Below, in pieces: positions 50,224 to 63,206 of a stretch of DNA of 64,000 nt. Location: assembly GCA_051313645.2 (NCBI GenBank), contig JBNRSN020000015.1, positions 35,712,001 through 35,776,000 on the forward strand, given 5' to 3'. Numbering within the stretch: position 1 is the stretch's first letter; every line of letters starts with the position of its first letter. The notes below the pieces were generated by a model, which saw only the letters and a program-made list of their open reading frames with translations, was not told the origin of the DNA and did not search any database. The stretch is from Centroscyllium fabricii. Taxonomy: Eukaryota. Both the position numbers and the translations under genes were made by a program.

Positions 50224-50960
50224 GGCCCAGAAATTCCAGTCGCAGGTCTCCCGCGGGCGGAGGGCTGCGATTTGGAAAAACCTCCGCCTGGACCGAAGGG
50301 CTCCTGGGAGGCGCAGAGTTCCGTTGCTGTGCCTCTTCAAACTGCCGGTGTGCAGGGCTCACGTATCCCAGAGGCGCAGGCGGTTCGCAGCGTCCCTGGG
50401 ATCACATGCGCCATGGGGAGCCAATCAGAGCAGGGAATCTCCATTCATAGATTTGACAGGAAGACCTGTCAAATCTATGAATAGAGATCACACCAAAACA
50501 TAAGCAAAACTTCAAATATTTTTTTTTACAAACATGACATTTTTAAAATGACTATAAATTACATAATTTAACTATTTTAAACAAAAATTTAAATTAAAAA
50601 AAAAAAATTTTAAGTTTTTAACAGGGCTAAAAATAAACTTACCTTTCTTTAAAGTATTTTAAAATGATAATCAGTAGAACTTTTTTTTTTTACTTTCTTC
50701 AACTCTTAGCCTGGTAAAAGCAGGCCTTGCGCAAGAATTGGAAGTGTTTTCTGCGGGCGGAGGGTCTCCAAAAAACAGAACTCTCCACCCGCAGAGGCCC
50801 TTCTCCAGGGCAGGCGTCCGATCTGTCAAGAGCTTTCTTGACAGATCGGAAATGCCGGTTTCCAGCGCATGTGCAGTGCATGCCTAAAACCAGCATTTCC
50901 GATGTCCCTACGCGTGAGTACACAGCGCGTACACACCTGTAGGGACCGGAATATCTGCCT
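50224..50960. mobile_element. MITE related to 58951-59709, in opposite orientation
   Basis: Starts TTA|GGCCCAGAAATT. 50400-50460 matches the reverse complement of 59470-59530. Confidence 0.72.
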
Positions 50961-51809
50961 CAGCACAGAACTTCCTCAATAATGCACTGAAGTGTCAGCC
51001 TAGATTATGCGTTCAAGTCCTAGATGGGGGCTTGAACACACAACCTTCTGGCTCGGTACCAAGCTGTCACTGTTACAGTTGTTTGCATATGGTCTGTGTT
51101 AGAAAGGGCTTGCTGGCACTGGGAATTATTTTGCCCTTATTTGCACAGCGTTTGAATTGAGAGACTGGTGCAGTACCTGAAAGTACCACTGGAGGTTATT
51201 AGCACACTTCAGAAATTGCAGTAAAGCATTATCTCATGGCAGAAAAGGGGAGATGCAGCATTTTATTTTCCCTGCATTTTTAGAATTGCAGCAAAATGTT
51301 GCTTGTTTTCATTGATTGTTTTTTAATCTCGTACAATTTTGATTGTAAGAGGGCTGCAATGTACTCTGGATATTAGAACAGCAAGACACTCACACACAAG
51401 ATGCCCAGCATATCTTCAGCTCCACACTCTTGATGCACCTGGCATCTGCCACTGCCAGAGACCACAGGCAACTGGCTTCATCAGTATGGACCAGGGAAGA
51501 AGCAGCACCAATCCAGCAATTTATTGTAAAACACAATTTCTTCCCTTTATTTTCTTCGCTTTACAGACTCAATCCCTACCTCTACCCTCCAGCAGTAACA
51601 CAAGCCACTCGTGGACCCAGAGGCAAGCTGGAAATGCACCCTCCCAGGCTTCTACCAATAGCACCGCATATCTGGTCACCATATGGTGAACGAGGAGGGC
51701 CTGAGCTGACCCAACCTCTTCCTCCTTATTTTCCCTCATCTCCACTTCAAGATGGCAACGGGAGAGGTGGCTGACTGTGTGTGCAAGTGAAATAAGAATT
51801 ATGACTTAG

Positions 51810-51813
<4 letters not shown>

Positions 51814-51860
<47 letters not shown>

Positions 51861-51861
51861 A
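51814..51861. repeat. Compound (AT)n(GT)n microsatellite
   Basis: Direct reading. Confidence 0.95.
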
Positions 51862-52771
51862 TTTTCTTGTTCTCTTTGTTTCATGATTCCTGTGTGTGCG
51901 TGTGTATGTATGTATATGTGTGCATGTTCTTGCTCCATTTGTTTCAATGATTCCCATGTATGTATGTTCCTAATCTCAGCTGGGACAAGGGGGTGGTGGA
52001 GCTGAACAGAAACCAGCTGGAGCCCACAGTGAGGTGCAGTACCTCAGCAGCGAGTTACTGGGAGCGGATCACAAGCATCCCTCTCGAATGGTGCCCACCA
52101 ATTAGCAAACCTCAATCAAATAAAGGAGAGGGAATACAAAAAAAGGTTAAGGACAAAAAAATCTAATTTAGAAAAGAAAGTGTCAAAACAGATTCAAAAT
52201 CAAGAGGAAATGACTTTGCATTGAGCATTCAATATCACAGTTACCATAACGATGTCAGCACTTCCCCACAGTTTGAAATCCAGTGTTATCCTTTCATCCA
52301 CAAGTCTGAACCTTTTGCCCTGCCACCTCTCACAAGTAGGCCAAAACCATTAAGGTTTTTTTATTTGGAGTGGCTTCGTACAAAATATCTTTACTGAGCA
52401 TAAAGGGATAAGACCTTTGTCACGTTTGGGCAGTCGCCTTCCTCTCAGACAGCTAATCAGATTTTAACATTCTTATTCCACAAAGAGGCCTCAGCAAAAA
52501 AACTGAAAAGAGAAAACAAATGCTTGCTTTTGAAAATGATTTACAATTGCACTAGTGCTTCCACTGTCAGTGGGGAGAGAAGAGGAGAAAGCGGGGATGA
52601 GGAGTGTTTTTAAGTGTTAGCTCAGTTTCTTGATTGGTGAATATGGTGCCCACAATTTAAAAATAATCCAGTGGTGTTATGGTGGGTAATGGCAGTTGGC
52701 ATCACCACTCATCAAACAGTGAGTCTACATGCTGCAGTAGAATCATGGGAACAAACTGAGCAAGAACTAAC

Positions 52772-52863
52772 CTCCTGCTCCTTGACGGAAGCTGCTGTGA
52801 GGCATTCGACAGTTCAATCAGGGAGGCCTCCACCTTGGCTTGCTTCTCCCTCTCAATCCTCAG
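52772..52863 (-). CDS. PPP1R12C: Exon (LRIEREKQAKVEASLIELSNASQQLPSRSR), 92 bp
   Basis: aaacag| acceptor after a pyrimidine tract, AG|gttagt donor. Phase 0-2 joins both neighbours in frame. Confidence 0.88.
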
Positions 52864-53204
52864 CTGTTTGTAGCATAAAGAGGGAAGAAAAAATAATGTC
52901 CAACTTAATTCATACGCCCATACATGCTCACTGATGGCCTCTAAGGCCCAACTCAACTGCCCTGATTTGTGTGATTAAGGAGTAAAGAAGAAAATTGAAT
53001 TGCCAAACTCCAAACCAGGGTACCAGTCTCACAAAGGAATCTCTTTTGAACCACAAAGACTTCATTATTACTGGTTGCTAAGACAACATTAAGAAACCCC
53101 AAAGTTTAGTGGTTCTGAGATAGGCCTATGTAACTTAGACAAGTTTACAATACAGAAAGAAGTTGAGATTCAATCAGCAGCTTGGACAAAAGTGAAGGTG
53201 AATC

Positions 53205-53875
53205 ATAGAGCAGGACAGGTAGATAAGGTGGTTAAGAAGGCAAACGGGATACTTTTCTTTATTCACTGAGGCATAGAATATAAGAGCAGAGAGGTTATGT
53301 GTGAACTGTATAAAACACCAGTTAGGCCACAGCGAGAGTACTATGTACAGTTCTGGTCACCGCATTACATAAAAGATGCGCTAAAGAGCGTACAGAGGAG
53401 ATTTACGAGGATGTTGCTAGGACTGGAGAATTTTAGCTATGAGGGAAGATTGGATAGGCTGGAGTTGTTTTCTTTGGAACAGAGGAGGCTGAGGGGAGAC
53501 CTAATTGATGTGTATAAAATTATCAGAGGCCTAGATAGAGTGGATAGGAAGGACCTATTTCCCTTAGCTGAGAAGTCAATAACTGGGGCCATAGATTTAA
53601 AGTAATTGGTAGAAGGATTAGAGGGAAGTTGAGGAGAACATTTTTCAGCCAGAGGGTGGTGGAGGCCTGCAACTCTCTGCCTGAAAGGGTGGTTGAAGCA
53701 GTAATCCTCATCACATTTAAAAAGTGTTTAGATCTGCACTTGAAGTGCTGTAACCTACAGGGCTACGGACCAAGAGCTGGAAAGTGGGATTAGGCTGGAT
53801 AGCTCCTTTTCAGCCGGCACAGACACGATTGGTCAAATGGCCTCCTTCTGTGCTGTAAGCTTCTAGGATTCTATG
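53205..53875 (+). mobile_element. CR1 LINE 3' fragment
   Basis: ORF 53297-53605 (VQFWSPHY, LEQRRLRGDLI) followed by a CR1 3' UTR and tail. Confidence 0.92.
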
Positions 53876-54344
53876 AAAGAGTGCCACCTCTGGTAACTGA
53901 TGTCCCCAGGATCCACTGATAATTCCTGGAGAGCTTTGTTGAAGCAGACGCCTGTGAGGTCATTGCTCCACGACCAATCAGAACAAAAGGTCATCGAACT
54001 GAAACGCTAACTCTGTTTCTCTCTCTACAGATGCTGCCTGTCCTGCTAAGTATTTCTAGCATTTTCTGTTTATGTCCCAACTTTTTATATTTGGTTGGGC
54101 CTTTGTTCTGAATGCAGCTACAACTGCAAGACAAGTCAGCCTGCACAACACCACAGGTCTGACGGTCAGGAGCAGCTAAGCAGCCCCTTCCCACTGGAAA
54201 AATGGAAACACAAACCAACAATCTTGACCTGACAAGCAGCAAGGTGCACCACACATCCTATTGCTTGCCGTCCTCTCATGCAAATGTAGAGGAGATACTG
54301 AGCGACAGGTGATTTGCCACAGTAAAGGTCGGAGAGGTCAGCCC

Positions 54345-55375
54345 TCTACTATATTTTGGTCGGAAAAACGAGGAGAGGCAATATAAACTAAAGGGTACAA
54401 AGCTAAAGGTGGTGCATGAACAGAGAGACCTGGGGGTATATGTGCACAAATCTTTGAAGGTGGCAGGGTAGGTTGAGAAAGCGGTTAAAAAAAGCATATG
54501 GGATCCCGGACTTCATAAATAGATGCAAGAAGTCACACAACACCAGGTTATAGTCCAACAGTTTTATTTTAAATCACAAGCTTTCGGAGCGTCTGCCCGT
54601 TCGTCAGGCGAAGTGTCAGGCGAAGTGTCAGACGAAGGGGCAGACGCTCCGAAAGCTTGTGATTTAAAATAAAACTGTTGGACTATAACCTGGTGTTGTG
54701 TGACTTCTTGCATTTGTCCACCCCAGTCCAACACCGGCACCTCCACATCATTCATAAATAGAAGCATAGAGTACAAAAGCGTGGAATTTATGATGAACCT
54801 TTATAAAACACTGGTTCAGTCTCAACTGGAATAGTGTGTTCAATTCAGGGCACTGCACCTTAGGAAGAATGTGAAGGCCTTAGAGAGGATGCAGAAAAGA
54901 TTTACAAAAATAGTTCCAGGGATGAGGGACTTCAGTTATGTGGATAGACTGGAGAAGCTGAGGTTGTTGTCCTTAGAGCAGAGAAGGTTGAGAGGAGATT
55001 TGATAGAGGTGTTCAAAATCAAGAAGGGTCCAGACAGAGTAGATCGAGAGAAACTGTTCCCATTGGCGGCAGGGTCGAGAACCAGGGGACACGGAGTTAA
55101 GGTGATTGGCAGAAGAACCAAAGGCGACGTGAGGAAAAACGTTTTTATTCAGCGAGTGGTTAGGATCTGGAATGCACTGCCTGAAAGGGTGGTGGAGGCA
55201 GACTCAATCGTGGCTTTCAAAAGGGAATTGGATAAGTACCTGAAGGAAAAACATTTGCAGGTCTACGGGGAAAGGGCGGGGGAGTGGGACTAGCTGAAGT
55301 GTTCCTGCAGCAAGCCAGCACGGGCTCGACGGGCCGAATGGCCTCCTTCTGTGCTGTAACTGTTCGATGATTCTA
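54345..55375 (+). mobile_element. CR1 LINE 3' fragment interrupted by a palindromic insert
   Basis: ORF 54871-55293 with CR1 C-terminal motifs, followed by the 3' UTR. Confidence 0.92.
54524..54750. mobile_element. Palindromic short insert (Penelope-like terminal-repeat family)
   Basis: About 80-bp near-perfect inverted arms. TSD TTCATAAATAGA at 54512-54523 and 54751-54762. Confidence 0.85.
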
Positions 55376-55714
55376 ACTAATAAGAGGTCTATTTGAGAGA
55401 GACGTTTACCACTCGGTGCACTATTCAGTAACCCGACAAACATCCCACCTCACCCGCAGCAACAGTTCTTCAGAACGGATCCTCAGGTTTACAGTAAAAC
55501 TAAATTTCACACCTTGGCACACCAGCTATTGTTGTTTTCCCCCACAGCACCTCCACTTTGGTGCTGCCAAAATTATAACTGTAGGTGGTGCTGCTGTATT
55601 GAAGCCAGTGTTGGAACTAACTGGCAAACCTTATCCTGCTTTACCCATCCCTGCGGTACAGCACATACACACAGAAATGCCATCAATTTACACCAAATAA
55701 GAAAAAACATAACC

Positions 55715-56100
55715 TAAGAACCAGGAACAGGAGGCGGCCATTCGGCCCCGCTCCACCATTCAGTAAGATCAAGGCTGATCTTCTGCCTCATCTCCACTTT
55801 CCTGCACTATCTCCATATCCCTTGATTCCCTTAATATTCAAGAATCTATTGATCTCTGAGCCTCCCTAGCCCTCTGGGGTAGGGAATTCCAAAGATTCAC
55901 CACCTCTGTGTGAAGAAATTTCTCCTCATCTCAGTCCTAAATGGTTGATCCCTTATTCTGAGACTGTGACCCCTGGTTCTAGACTCCCCAGCCAGGGGAA
56001 CCATCCTCCCTGCATCTAGCCTGTCAAGCCCTGTAAGAATTTTGTATGTTTCAATAAGATCACTTCTCATTCTTCTAAACTCCAGAGAATAGAGCCCAAT
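55715..56100 (-). mobile_element. CR1 LINE 3' fragment
   Basis: Reverse complement of the LEFRRMRxDLIE...FFTQR region plus 3' UTR. Confidence 0.85.
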
Positions 56101-56150
56101 CTACCAAACGACGTTGAGTCAAGTCAAACACGCCCAGGTCAGCTAAATGA

Positions 56151-56540
56151 AAGAAAAGACTTGCATTTACATGGCGTTTTTCATGACCTCTGGTTGTAAA
56201 GCACTTTGGGACAGCCTATGAAGTACTTTTGACGCGTAGTCATTGTAAATTGTATTAGATGCAGCAGCCAATATGCACATAGCAAGGTCCCACAAATAAC
56301 AATGAGATAATGACCAGATTATTTGTTTTAGGCATTGGTTGAGGGATAAATATTGGCCAGGACTCCCCTGCTCTTCTTCGAATAGTGTCATGGGATCTTT
56401 TATGTCTAACCAAGTGGGCAGACAGAGCCTCAGTTTAATGACTCATCTGAAAGATGGCACCTTAGACAGGGCAGCACTCTCTCAGTACCTCACTGGAGCA
56501 TCAGCCTAGATTGTGTGCTCAAGTCTCTGACTCAGGCGAG
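56151..56540 (-). mobile_element. Deu-domain SINE (SacSINE1-like)
   Basis: Reverse-complement similarity to 13075-13463. Confidence 0.85.
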
Positions 56541-57254
56541 AGGTACAGAATATGTTAGATGCAGAGAAAGTCACCTTACTCCAAAGTCCCATCAAGCAGT
56601 CTCCGCTCAAGCACAGCCAAAGTTAGATACAAAGTAAATCTTCTGCTATAATCGCAGATCAGATATCGAAACAGTACAGTCATCCTGAAATTTGATAATC
56701 AGGAAATCACGTTATAAAAGAAATGTGTCAAAAGTTTTGACTTCCCACATGACAGCTAGTGACCCTCTAGTTTGGTAGGAGAGTGGACAAACCTGCCACA
56801 AGCAAGAGGCTGAGGATTAAGGAAAAGCAGGAGGAGGTGGAAGAGGGTCTCGAGATAGAAATGAACTAAAAGGAGAACCCAACATATCGTGCACCATCCC
56901 TTTAACCGACTTGAACTAAATTAGTTATAAACTTGAAAGACATAAATCTTTTTATATTAAATAAATATCTGTTCAACGTTGGCTACTGTGCAAACATAGC
57001 ATTTAGGAAGGGTGGGTTGTATTTTCCCAATTTTGTTTTGAGGGTAAGGAAGACGGTCCGTGGGAGGAGCTTCCCTATGAAACCATTTGTGGAACTATTA
57101 ATGGTTTTCTCCTACTGATCATGGATTGGCTGGTGGTGGTTGGGAGAGGCCCATCAAATGGCCATCAAAAAGAAACCAGGCAGACCCCCCGCCCGCCATT
57201 CCCTGACAAATAAAACCAGCATAGAAAGGGATACCAGTTACCTTTTTAACTTTG

Positions 57255-57613
57255 TCAGTGGTTAGCACCGCTGCCTCGCAATAATGGTCCTGGGTTCGAA
57301 TACTGCTTGGCCCGGGACCTCTCTGCGTGGAGTTTGTATGTTATCCCCGTGTTCATGTGGGTTTCCTCCGGGTACTCCGGTTTCCTCCCACCACCCAAAG
57401 ACATGCAGGTTAGGTGAATTGGAGATACTAAAACTTGCCCATAAGTATGTGTGTGAGATATAGTTCTTAGAGTTGGGGGTGTCGGGGGATATGGGGAGAG
57501 GGTAGAAGGGGGGGTGCTGGGTTTGGATGATCAACCATAATCTCATCAAAATGGCGGAGCAGGCTCGAAGGGCTGAATGGCCTACTCCTGCTCCTATCTT
57601 CTGTGTTTCTGTG
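57255..57613 (+). mobile_element. V-SINE, same subfamily as 1813-2183
   Basis: High similarity to the reverse complement of 1813-2165. Confidence 0.9.
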
Positions 57614-57711
57614 TCAGAGGCTTACCCCAGGGACAGTGTAACTTGTCCCCACTGTGTGTGAGCAAGTTGTCCTGAAACAGTCGCCAGTACGTCTCTCCGG
57701 CTGATACTTAC

Positions 57712-57786
57712 AACAGTCTGCTTCTTCTGTAGCTCCTCCAACAGTTCCAAGAGGTTTTCATCTGCAACATCGAATGCAGTTTGACC
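57712..57786 (-). CDS. PPP1R12C: MYPT-family exon (GQTAFDVADENLLELLEELQKKQTV), 75 bp
   Basis: gtag| acceptor, GTT|gtaagt donor, phase 0-0. Matches MYPT GQTAFDVADE..LEELQKKQ. Too short for the ORF track; read manually. Confidence 0.93.
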
Positions 57787-57889
57787 CTACGATTCAGGAA
57801 AAACCTGTCAATGATCATAGTCCCTGATAGCAAGCAATCGCTACTCTCCACTTAACAGTCACTTTTGGAGACAGTAAAACATGGTTGTA

Positions 57890-58245
57890 CAAAAGCAAAC
57901 TACTGTGGATGCTGGAAAGCTGAAATAAAAAACAGAACATGCTGAAAATAGAGTTCTGATGAAAGGTCATCAACCTGAAATGTAAACTCTGTTTCTCTCT
58001 TAACAGATGCTGCCTGACCTGCTGAGTATTTCCAACATTTTCTGTTTCTAAAACAAAGTTGTAACCTGTCTATAACAGTTCAATTGAACAAACAAAACTC
58101 TGGTATGATAGCAAAATACTGCAGATGCTGGAAATCCAAAATAACAACAGAAAATGCTGGAAAAACTCAGCCGTTCAGGCAACATCCGTGAAGAGAGAAA
58201 TAAGACTCAATGTTTCGGGTCGGGACCCTTTATCAAAACTGAAAT
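57890..58245. mobile_element. Cluster of Penelope-like terminal repeats, including an inverted pair
   Basis: gatgctggaaa...acagaaaatgctgg motifs in both orientations. Confidence 0.7.
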
Positions 58246-58950
58246 GAAACAGATAAGAAGGACAGTAAGGGGCTGTGAGAGAACAAAGGGACAGAAGAGA
58301 CATTAAGAGTTATTCAAAATGAGACGAGATGGTAATAGGATAAGTGGAGACAGAAGACAGCTGTAGATTAGGTGTGAAATGCGCTCGCAGAACTCTGGAC
58401 CCACAATGCACTGCAAAGGTCAAGTATCCACTCAACAAACACCTAAACTGCACCCGAGAAAGAAGCCTTTAGGGCCATGCTTCTTTTTAAAAAGCTTTCA
58501 CTCCAGTTCATCAGCAGGGAATGGTCTTTCTCGGACAGCAGTGTGTCAGTCTCCCAGGATCACAGTCAGTCCTGGAAATGTAGTTAGGCTCAGTTATCAG
58601 GAAGCAGGGATCAGAAAACATCTGAATCACTGCACCAGGTTTCAGGTTTAGCCACCTGTTTCCTGTAATTGACCATTTTACTGTTTTCACAAATTTGTCA
58701 GTGATGTCCAGCCTCCTGATACAGAGCATTAACATCAGCATTACACTGTGAACAGCATTACATTGTGGAACTATTGGTTACAAATCTTCAAATGCTTTCT
58801 ATGCCCATGTAAGATTGTGATTGCACACATGATAAATTAGCCTAGGGGGGAGGGAGGATTAATCTTGGGCAGTAACTACTCTAGGTCTACTATGTTCTTT
58901 ACACCTGGCCAGGAGGTGGTTGGATTCAGGTGCGTGTGAGTGCAGCACTG

Positions 58951-59709
58951 GCCCAGAAATTGGGCTCTGAATGCGTGAGTACGGATGGGGTACTCACACA
59001 TAGGCCATTCAAAAGTGCCTGTTTCCTGCATGCACTGCGCATGTGCGGGAAACGGGCACTTCTGTTCCCCGAACTAAGGGGTTACGAAGTGAAGTGCGTG
59101 CGCGGGAGCGGCAGCACGTGCGCATTGCACTTACGCTTTTTTTCCCAGGTTTTTCCGTCCGGGTAAGTGAGAAAAAGTTAGACACGAAGAAAGCAGCCGC
59201 AAGGCCTGTTTTTAAAAAGGTAAGTGCTGAATTAATTCAAATTGAAGCATTTTTTCTACAGGTTTATATTTTTAAATACTTTAAAGAAAGGTAAGTTCAT
59301 GTTTAGCCCGTTAGGAAAAATAATTAATTTTTTCAAAATTTTAAATTATTGTTTAAAATAGTTATTTCATGTAATTTATAGTTATTTTACAAATGTGATG
59401 TTTTAAAAAATTTATTTGAAGTTTCAGTGATGTTTTGGGGCTTGTAGTTTTCATAGTTTTGACAGCTCTTCTTGTCAAACTTATGAATGGAGCATTCTCT
59501 GCTCCGATTGGCTCTCCATGGCCCATGTGATCCCAGAAGATGCATCGCACTAACTGTGCCACTGGGATACACAAGCACAGCGTGCTGGCAGTTGAAGCAG
59601 GCCCTGGATCGGAATTCCACACGGGCCTACAGCTCATCAGCCGGCGCGCTAGGTAAGTGCAGGTTGGAGGCTTACACACGCGGGAAGCCTCGAACCCGAA
59701 TTTCTGGGC
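58951..59709. mobile_element. Non-autonomous DNA transposon (MITE, Harbinger-like TIR)
   Basis: TIR GCCCAGAAATT...AATTTCTGGGC, GC-rich subterminal regions and an AT-rich centre. Confidence 0.75.
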
Positions 59710-59939
59710 TATTATCAATTCCCTGCAGCTAATTCACCCAAAAAAGAAACAGACTGTAGGAAGGTCAAGCAACTCGAAGCAATGGGGCATCTGAGATTTG
59801 GCATGATTTCTAAACTGTGTGAGGTAGAAATCTACTATGCAAGTTCGACAGGAAACACCAAACCACAAGATTAATCATTGTAAAATTATATGCATTAATT
59901 GTGAAACATTTTCATACTTTAATTAGCATTTTCTAATTT

Positions 59940-60570
59940 AGAGTAATACAATGCAAACCAAGCAGTACAGTGCAATGTATAAATATAATGCAATATAGAA
60001 CAATAAATATAGAGCAACAAAATGAAAGATCGAGCTGCACAGTAGAATATAGAGCAATCTAATATATACCAGAGAATACAATGCGATATAGAACAGCACA
60101 GGTCAATACAGGCAATATGGAACAACATAGCACAATATAGAACACAGTGGAAAATACAACAATCTATTGCAATATAAAGCAACAGACTCCGTATGTATAC
60201 TCACTACTGCACTTATATTTGAAAGTACTGCAGCAAAGAATATAGTGCAATGTAGAGCAATATAGTGCAACACAGCAGCATAGAGAAATGAAGTGCAATA
60301 AAGAGCAATACAGCTAGTATAGAGTAATATGGTGCAATAGAGAGCAATAGTCAATATAGAACAAATGTTGGAATATAGATCAATACAGTGTAATATATTC
60401 CAATACAGAGCAACACAGCAATTCAGAGCAACACAGCAATACACAGCAACACAGAGCAACACAGCAATATAGATCAATACTATGCAATATTCAGCAACAC
60501 AAAGCAACATGGAATGATATAGTGCACATAAGCAACATAGAGCAATACAGAGCAACATATTACAATATGG
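59940..60570. repeat. Decayed low-complexity GCAATA/ATAGA short-period repeat (similar tract at about 61540-61700)
   Basis: Direct reading. Explains the Cys/Tyr-rich spurious ORFs. Confidence 0.8.
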
Positions 60571-61705
60571 GGCAAAGCTTCTCAAAGTGCTTCATACAAT
60601 GAGTTACTTAGAAGTACGATGACTGTTGGCAAGTAAGCAACTGTGGGCCTGCTTACACACTGGAAGATCCAAATAGCAATGCGATGGCTTACTAATTAAT
60701 CTTTTTTTGGTTATATTGGTTGTGGGAGTACACTGACCAGGGTATATTGTACAATATAAACCAATGCAGTGCTATATAAAGTCTTATAGTACAGTACAGC
60801 ATCAGGCAATGCAATACAGCATCAATACGAAGCTGATAAGGAATCAAAAAGGACCATTCAGCCCATCAAACCCGTTGCATCCAGTGCCAATGTATGATGA
60901 TTCTATTCTATCAATCGGCTTCCTTCTCTTCTCCACCCTCAACCATCACCACAAAATCTTGATATCCTACTTTGATCAGAGTAGATTTTACAAATCTGTA
61001 CTTTTTGTTTGGCATGCTGCAGCTCCGAACGGGAAGCCGGGCGGGGAGGTCAATCTATCGAGCTGTTTTTCTGTCTTTTCATTTTAATGGCTTTAAAAAT
61101 TCTGTACTGGTTTTCCTGCCCAACTCTCTGATGCACAGAACCAGTGAATGAGGCTACGTCCTAGGAGTATGAATTAATTATATCTAAATTCCTGGGATTG
61201 TTTTCCTCCTACCACCTCCCAACCCCAAAAAATCAAGCAATGTTATTAATATCGCTATTCCACTCAATTCCCAATCTCAACAGGTAACTATTCAGCTCCC
61301 TTTTAAAGATGTCAATTGGCCCCAAATTAGCTACCTTTTCTAAGAATCTGTTCTGCATGTGGACAAGGTTTTTCTAATCTCTTCCCTCTCACAAAAGCCT
61401 CCTGAAAAACCTCTCTCTTCAAACATCCTTTCCAGCTCCCCAAACTCTTATTCTACCACTCATCAGTTTCCAGCTCAGCAAAGTGCCTTCGGATTTTACT
61501 ACTGTAAGGTTATATAGATATAAGTTGCTTTTACTGTGCAATATAACACATCAGAGTGAAGCAAAGAAATGTAGTGTTATCAAATGCAATAGAATGCAAC
61601 AGAGCACAATGTAGTGAAACAGTGTAATACAGTGCACTGTAATACAGTACAGTCCAACATTGACATGTAGTACAATGTAGTGTGATAAAGTACAAGACTT
61701 AATAA

Positions 61706-62420
61706 GGCAAAATCTTGCTGGAAAAATAACTGTGTGTTATCAACACACGCGGTTATTAATATGTAAATTGGCCCGCAAATTCAGGGGATTAAGAGATATG
61801 CCGTGAGTTGTGCATTTACAGAACCTGGTGGTCAATTTATGCAGCTCCGCCTTTTGCTTCAAACAAACGGCATCTCGTCCTTAGCCTCCCCGTTATTGTT
61901 AAGAACTTGCTGGATTTGCACATTAATTGCCCATTAAGCTCACCATAGAAAGTTATGGCTGGTAATTAAGAGTGCAAGGACCCTTTTAACGTTGTGATAA
62001 TTGTTAATGCAATGCCAATCAAGCTCTATGGCCCAGAGAAGGAACAATTTAAACTGTTCCATGTTTCTTTCATTCATGCATGTAGTAAATTCTACTTAGA
62101 GATTTGAAAAAATTAAATTACTATTTTGAAAGATTCTCTTACTTTTCCTTTCTCTCTTTTTTTCTATCTCTCTTAATCAAATCATACATTCCCTGCTCTT
62201 CATTTCTCTTTCTGCACCTGATTTGACTCTAATTAAATGTCCTACTCCATCGTTCCTCTGTTTCTTTCTCCATCCTTAAATCTCAGTGGTTAAAGAGATA
62301 GACTGTTGGCCCCATTGTTCACCAAGCTCCCAGATGCCCCGTTGCCCTCATTAAGGCGCAAATTTTTTGAACTGAAAGGTGCAGGAAAAATGTCTAAGAG
62401 TGTATGTGGAAGATTCCCCG
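61706..62420. mobile_element. MITE-like element, degraded
   Basis: GGCAAAATCTT...AAGATTCCCC ends and a pyrimidine-rich interior. Confidence 0.45.
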
Positions 62421-63061
62421 CTCAATCAAGCTTTGACTCAATAATAACAGTGCAATCCAGGGTAATTTTGTTCAATAAAATGCAAAATAGTGAAATATAG
62501 TACAATACTCATTTGGTGATATGTAGCATTAGCTTTACAGTGGCAGTGAAAAGCTCGACAGTGGCTCTGTGAGGGAGCTGGATTAACAGTAGCACTGATA
62601 CAATCAATAAGATAGGGCACTTGCTGGGAGAAGTAACTAAGCCTGGCAGTTGGACTGACATCAGTAGAGATACAGCCAATAGTACAGGATGTTGATGGGA
62701 GAATCACCGATCCGGACAACGTGAAGAAGCTGAATTGACATCCAGCCATGCCCAATTCTGTCCTGTCCAGGAGTGACTGGACGGTGATCAGGAATGGGAG
62801 CACCAGCTGATTTTTCCTCTCTCTAGTCTAGGGCACCAAGGCTATCTGTAGCAATTTAGCTGTTGGCCCAGCTTAGACTGGGATGGAGCCTAGGACCTTC
62901 GTGATCTGCAAGTCTTGATACCACATTAGGGATGCATCAACCCACTGAGCCATGGAGGAGAGCCTAAGATGACTTCAATAGCTGGTGTCCACAGTCACTG
63001 AGAAATCAGCAGTGTCAGTGTGGGAGCTTTTAACCCATCACTGAATGCTGGTAGGACTCAC

Positions 63062-63206
63062 CACTTTATTGATGGCCTGCATGGTGCACAAGTTCTCCAC
63101 CAGCAGTCTGCACACCTCCTCTTTGCCCCAGTGTGATGCTGCGTGCAAAGGAGTCCAACCATCATTGTCTAGGCTGTTCACATCAAAGCCTGCCTGGATT
63201 AACAAC
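63062..63206 (-). CDS. PPP1R12C: MYPT-family exon, ankyrin repeat (LLIQAGFDVNSLDNDGWTPLHAASHWGKEEVCRLLVENLCTMQAINKV), 145 bp
   Basis: T-rich tract ending tgcag| acceptor and GTG|gtgagt donor. GWTPLHAAxHWG ankyrin motif typical of MYPT1/MYPT2/MBS85. Ends in phase 0. Confidence 0.93.
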
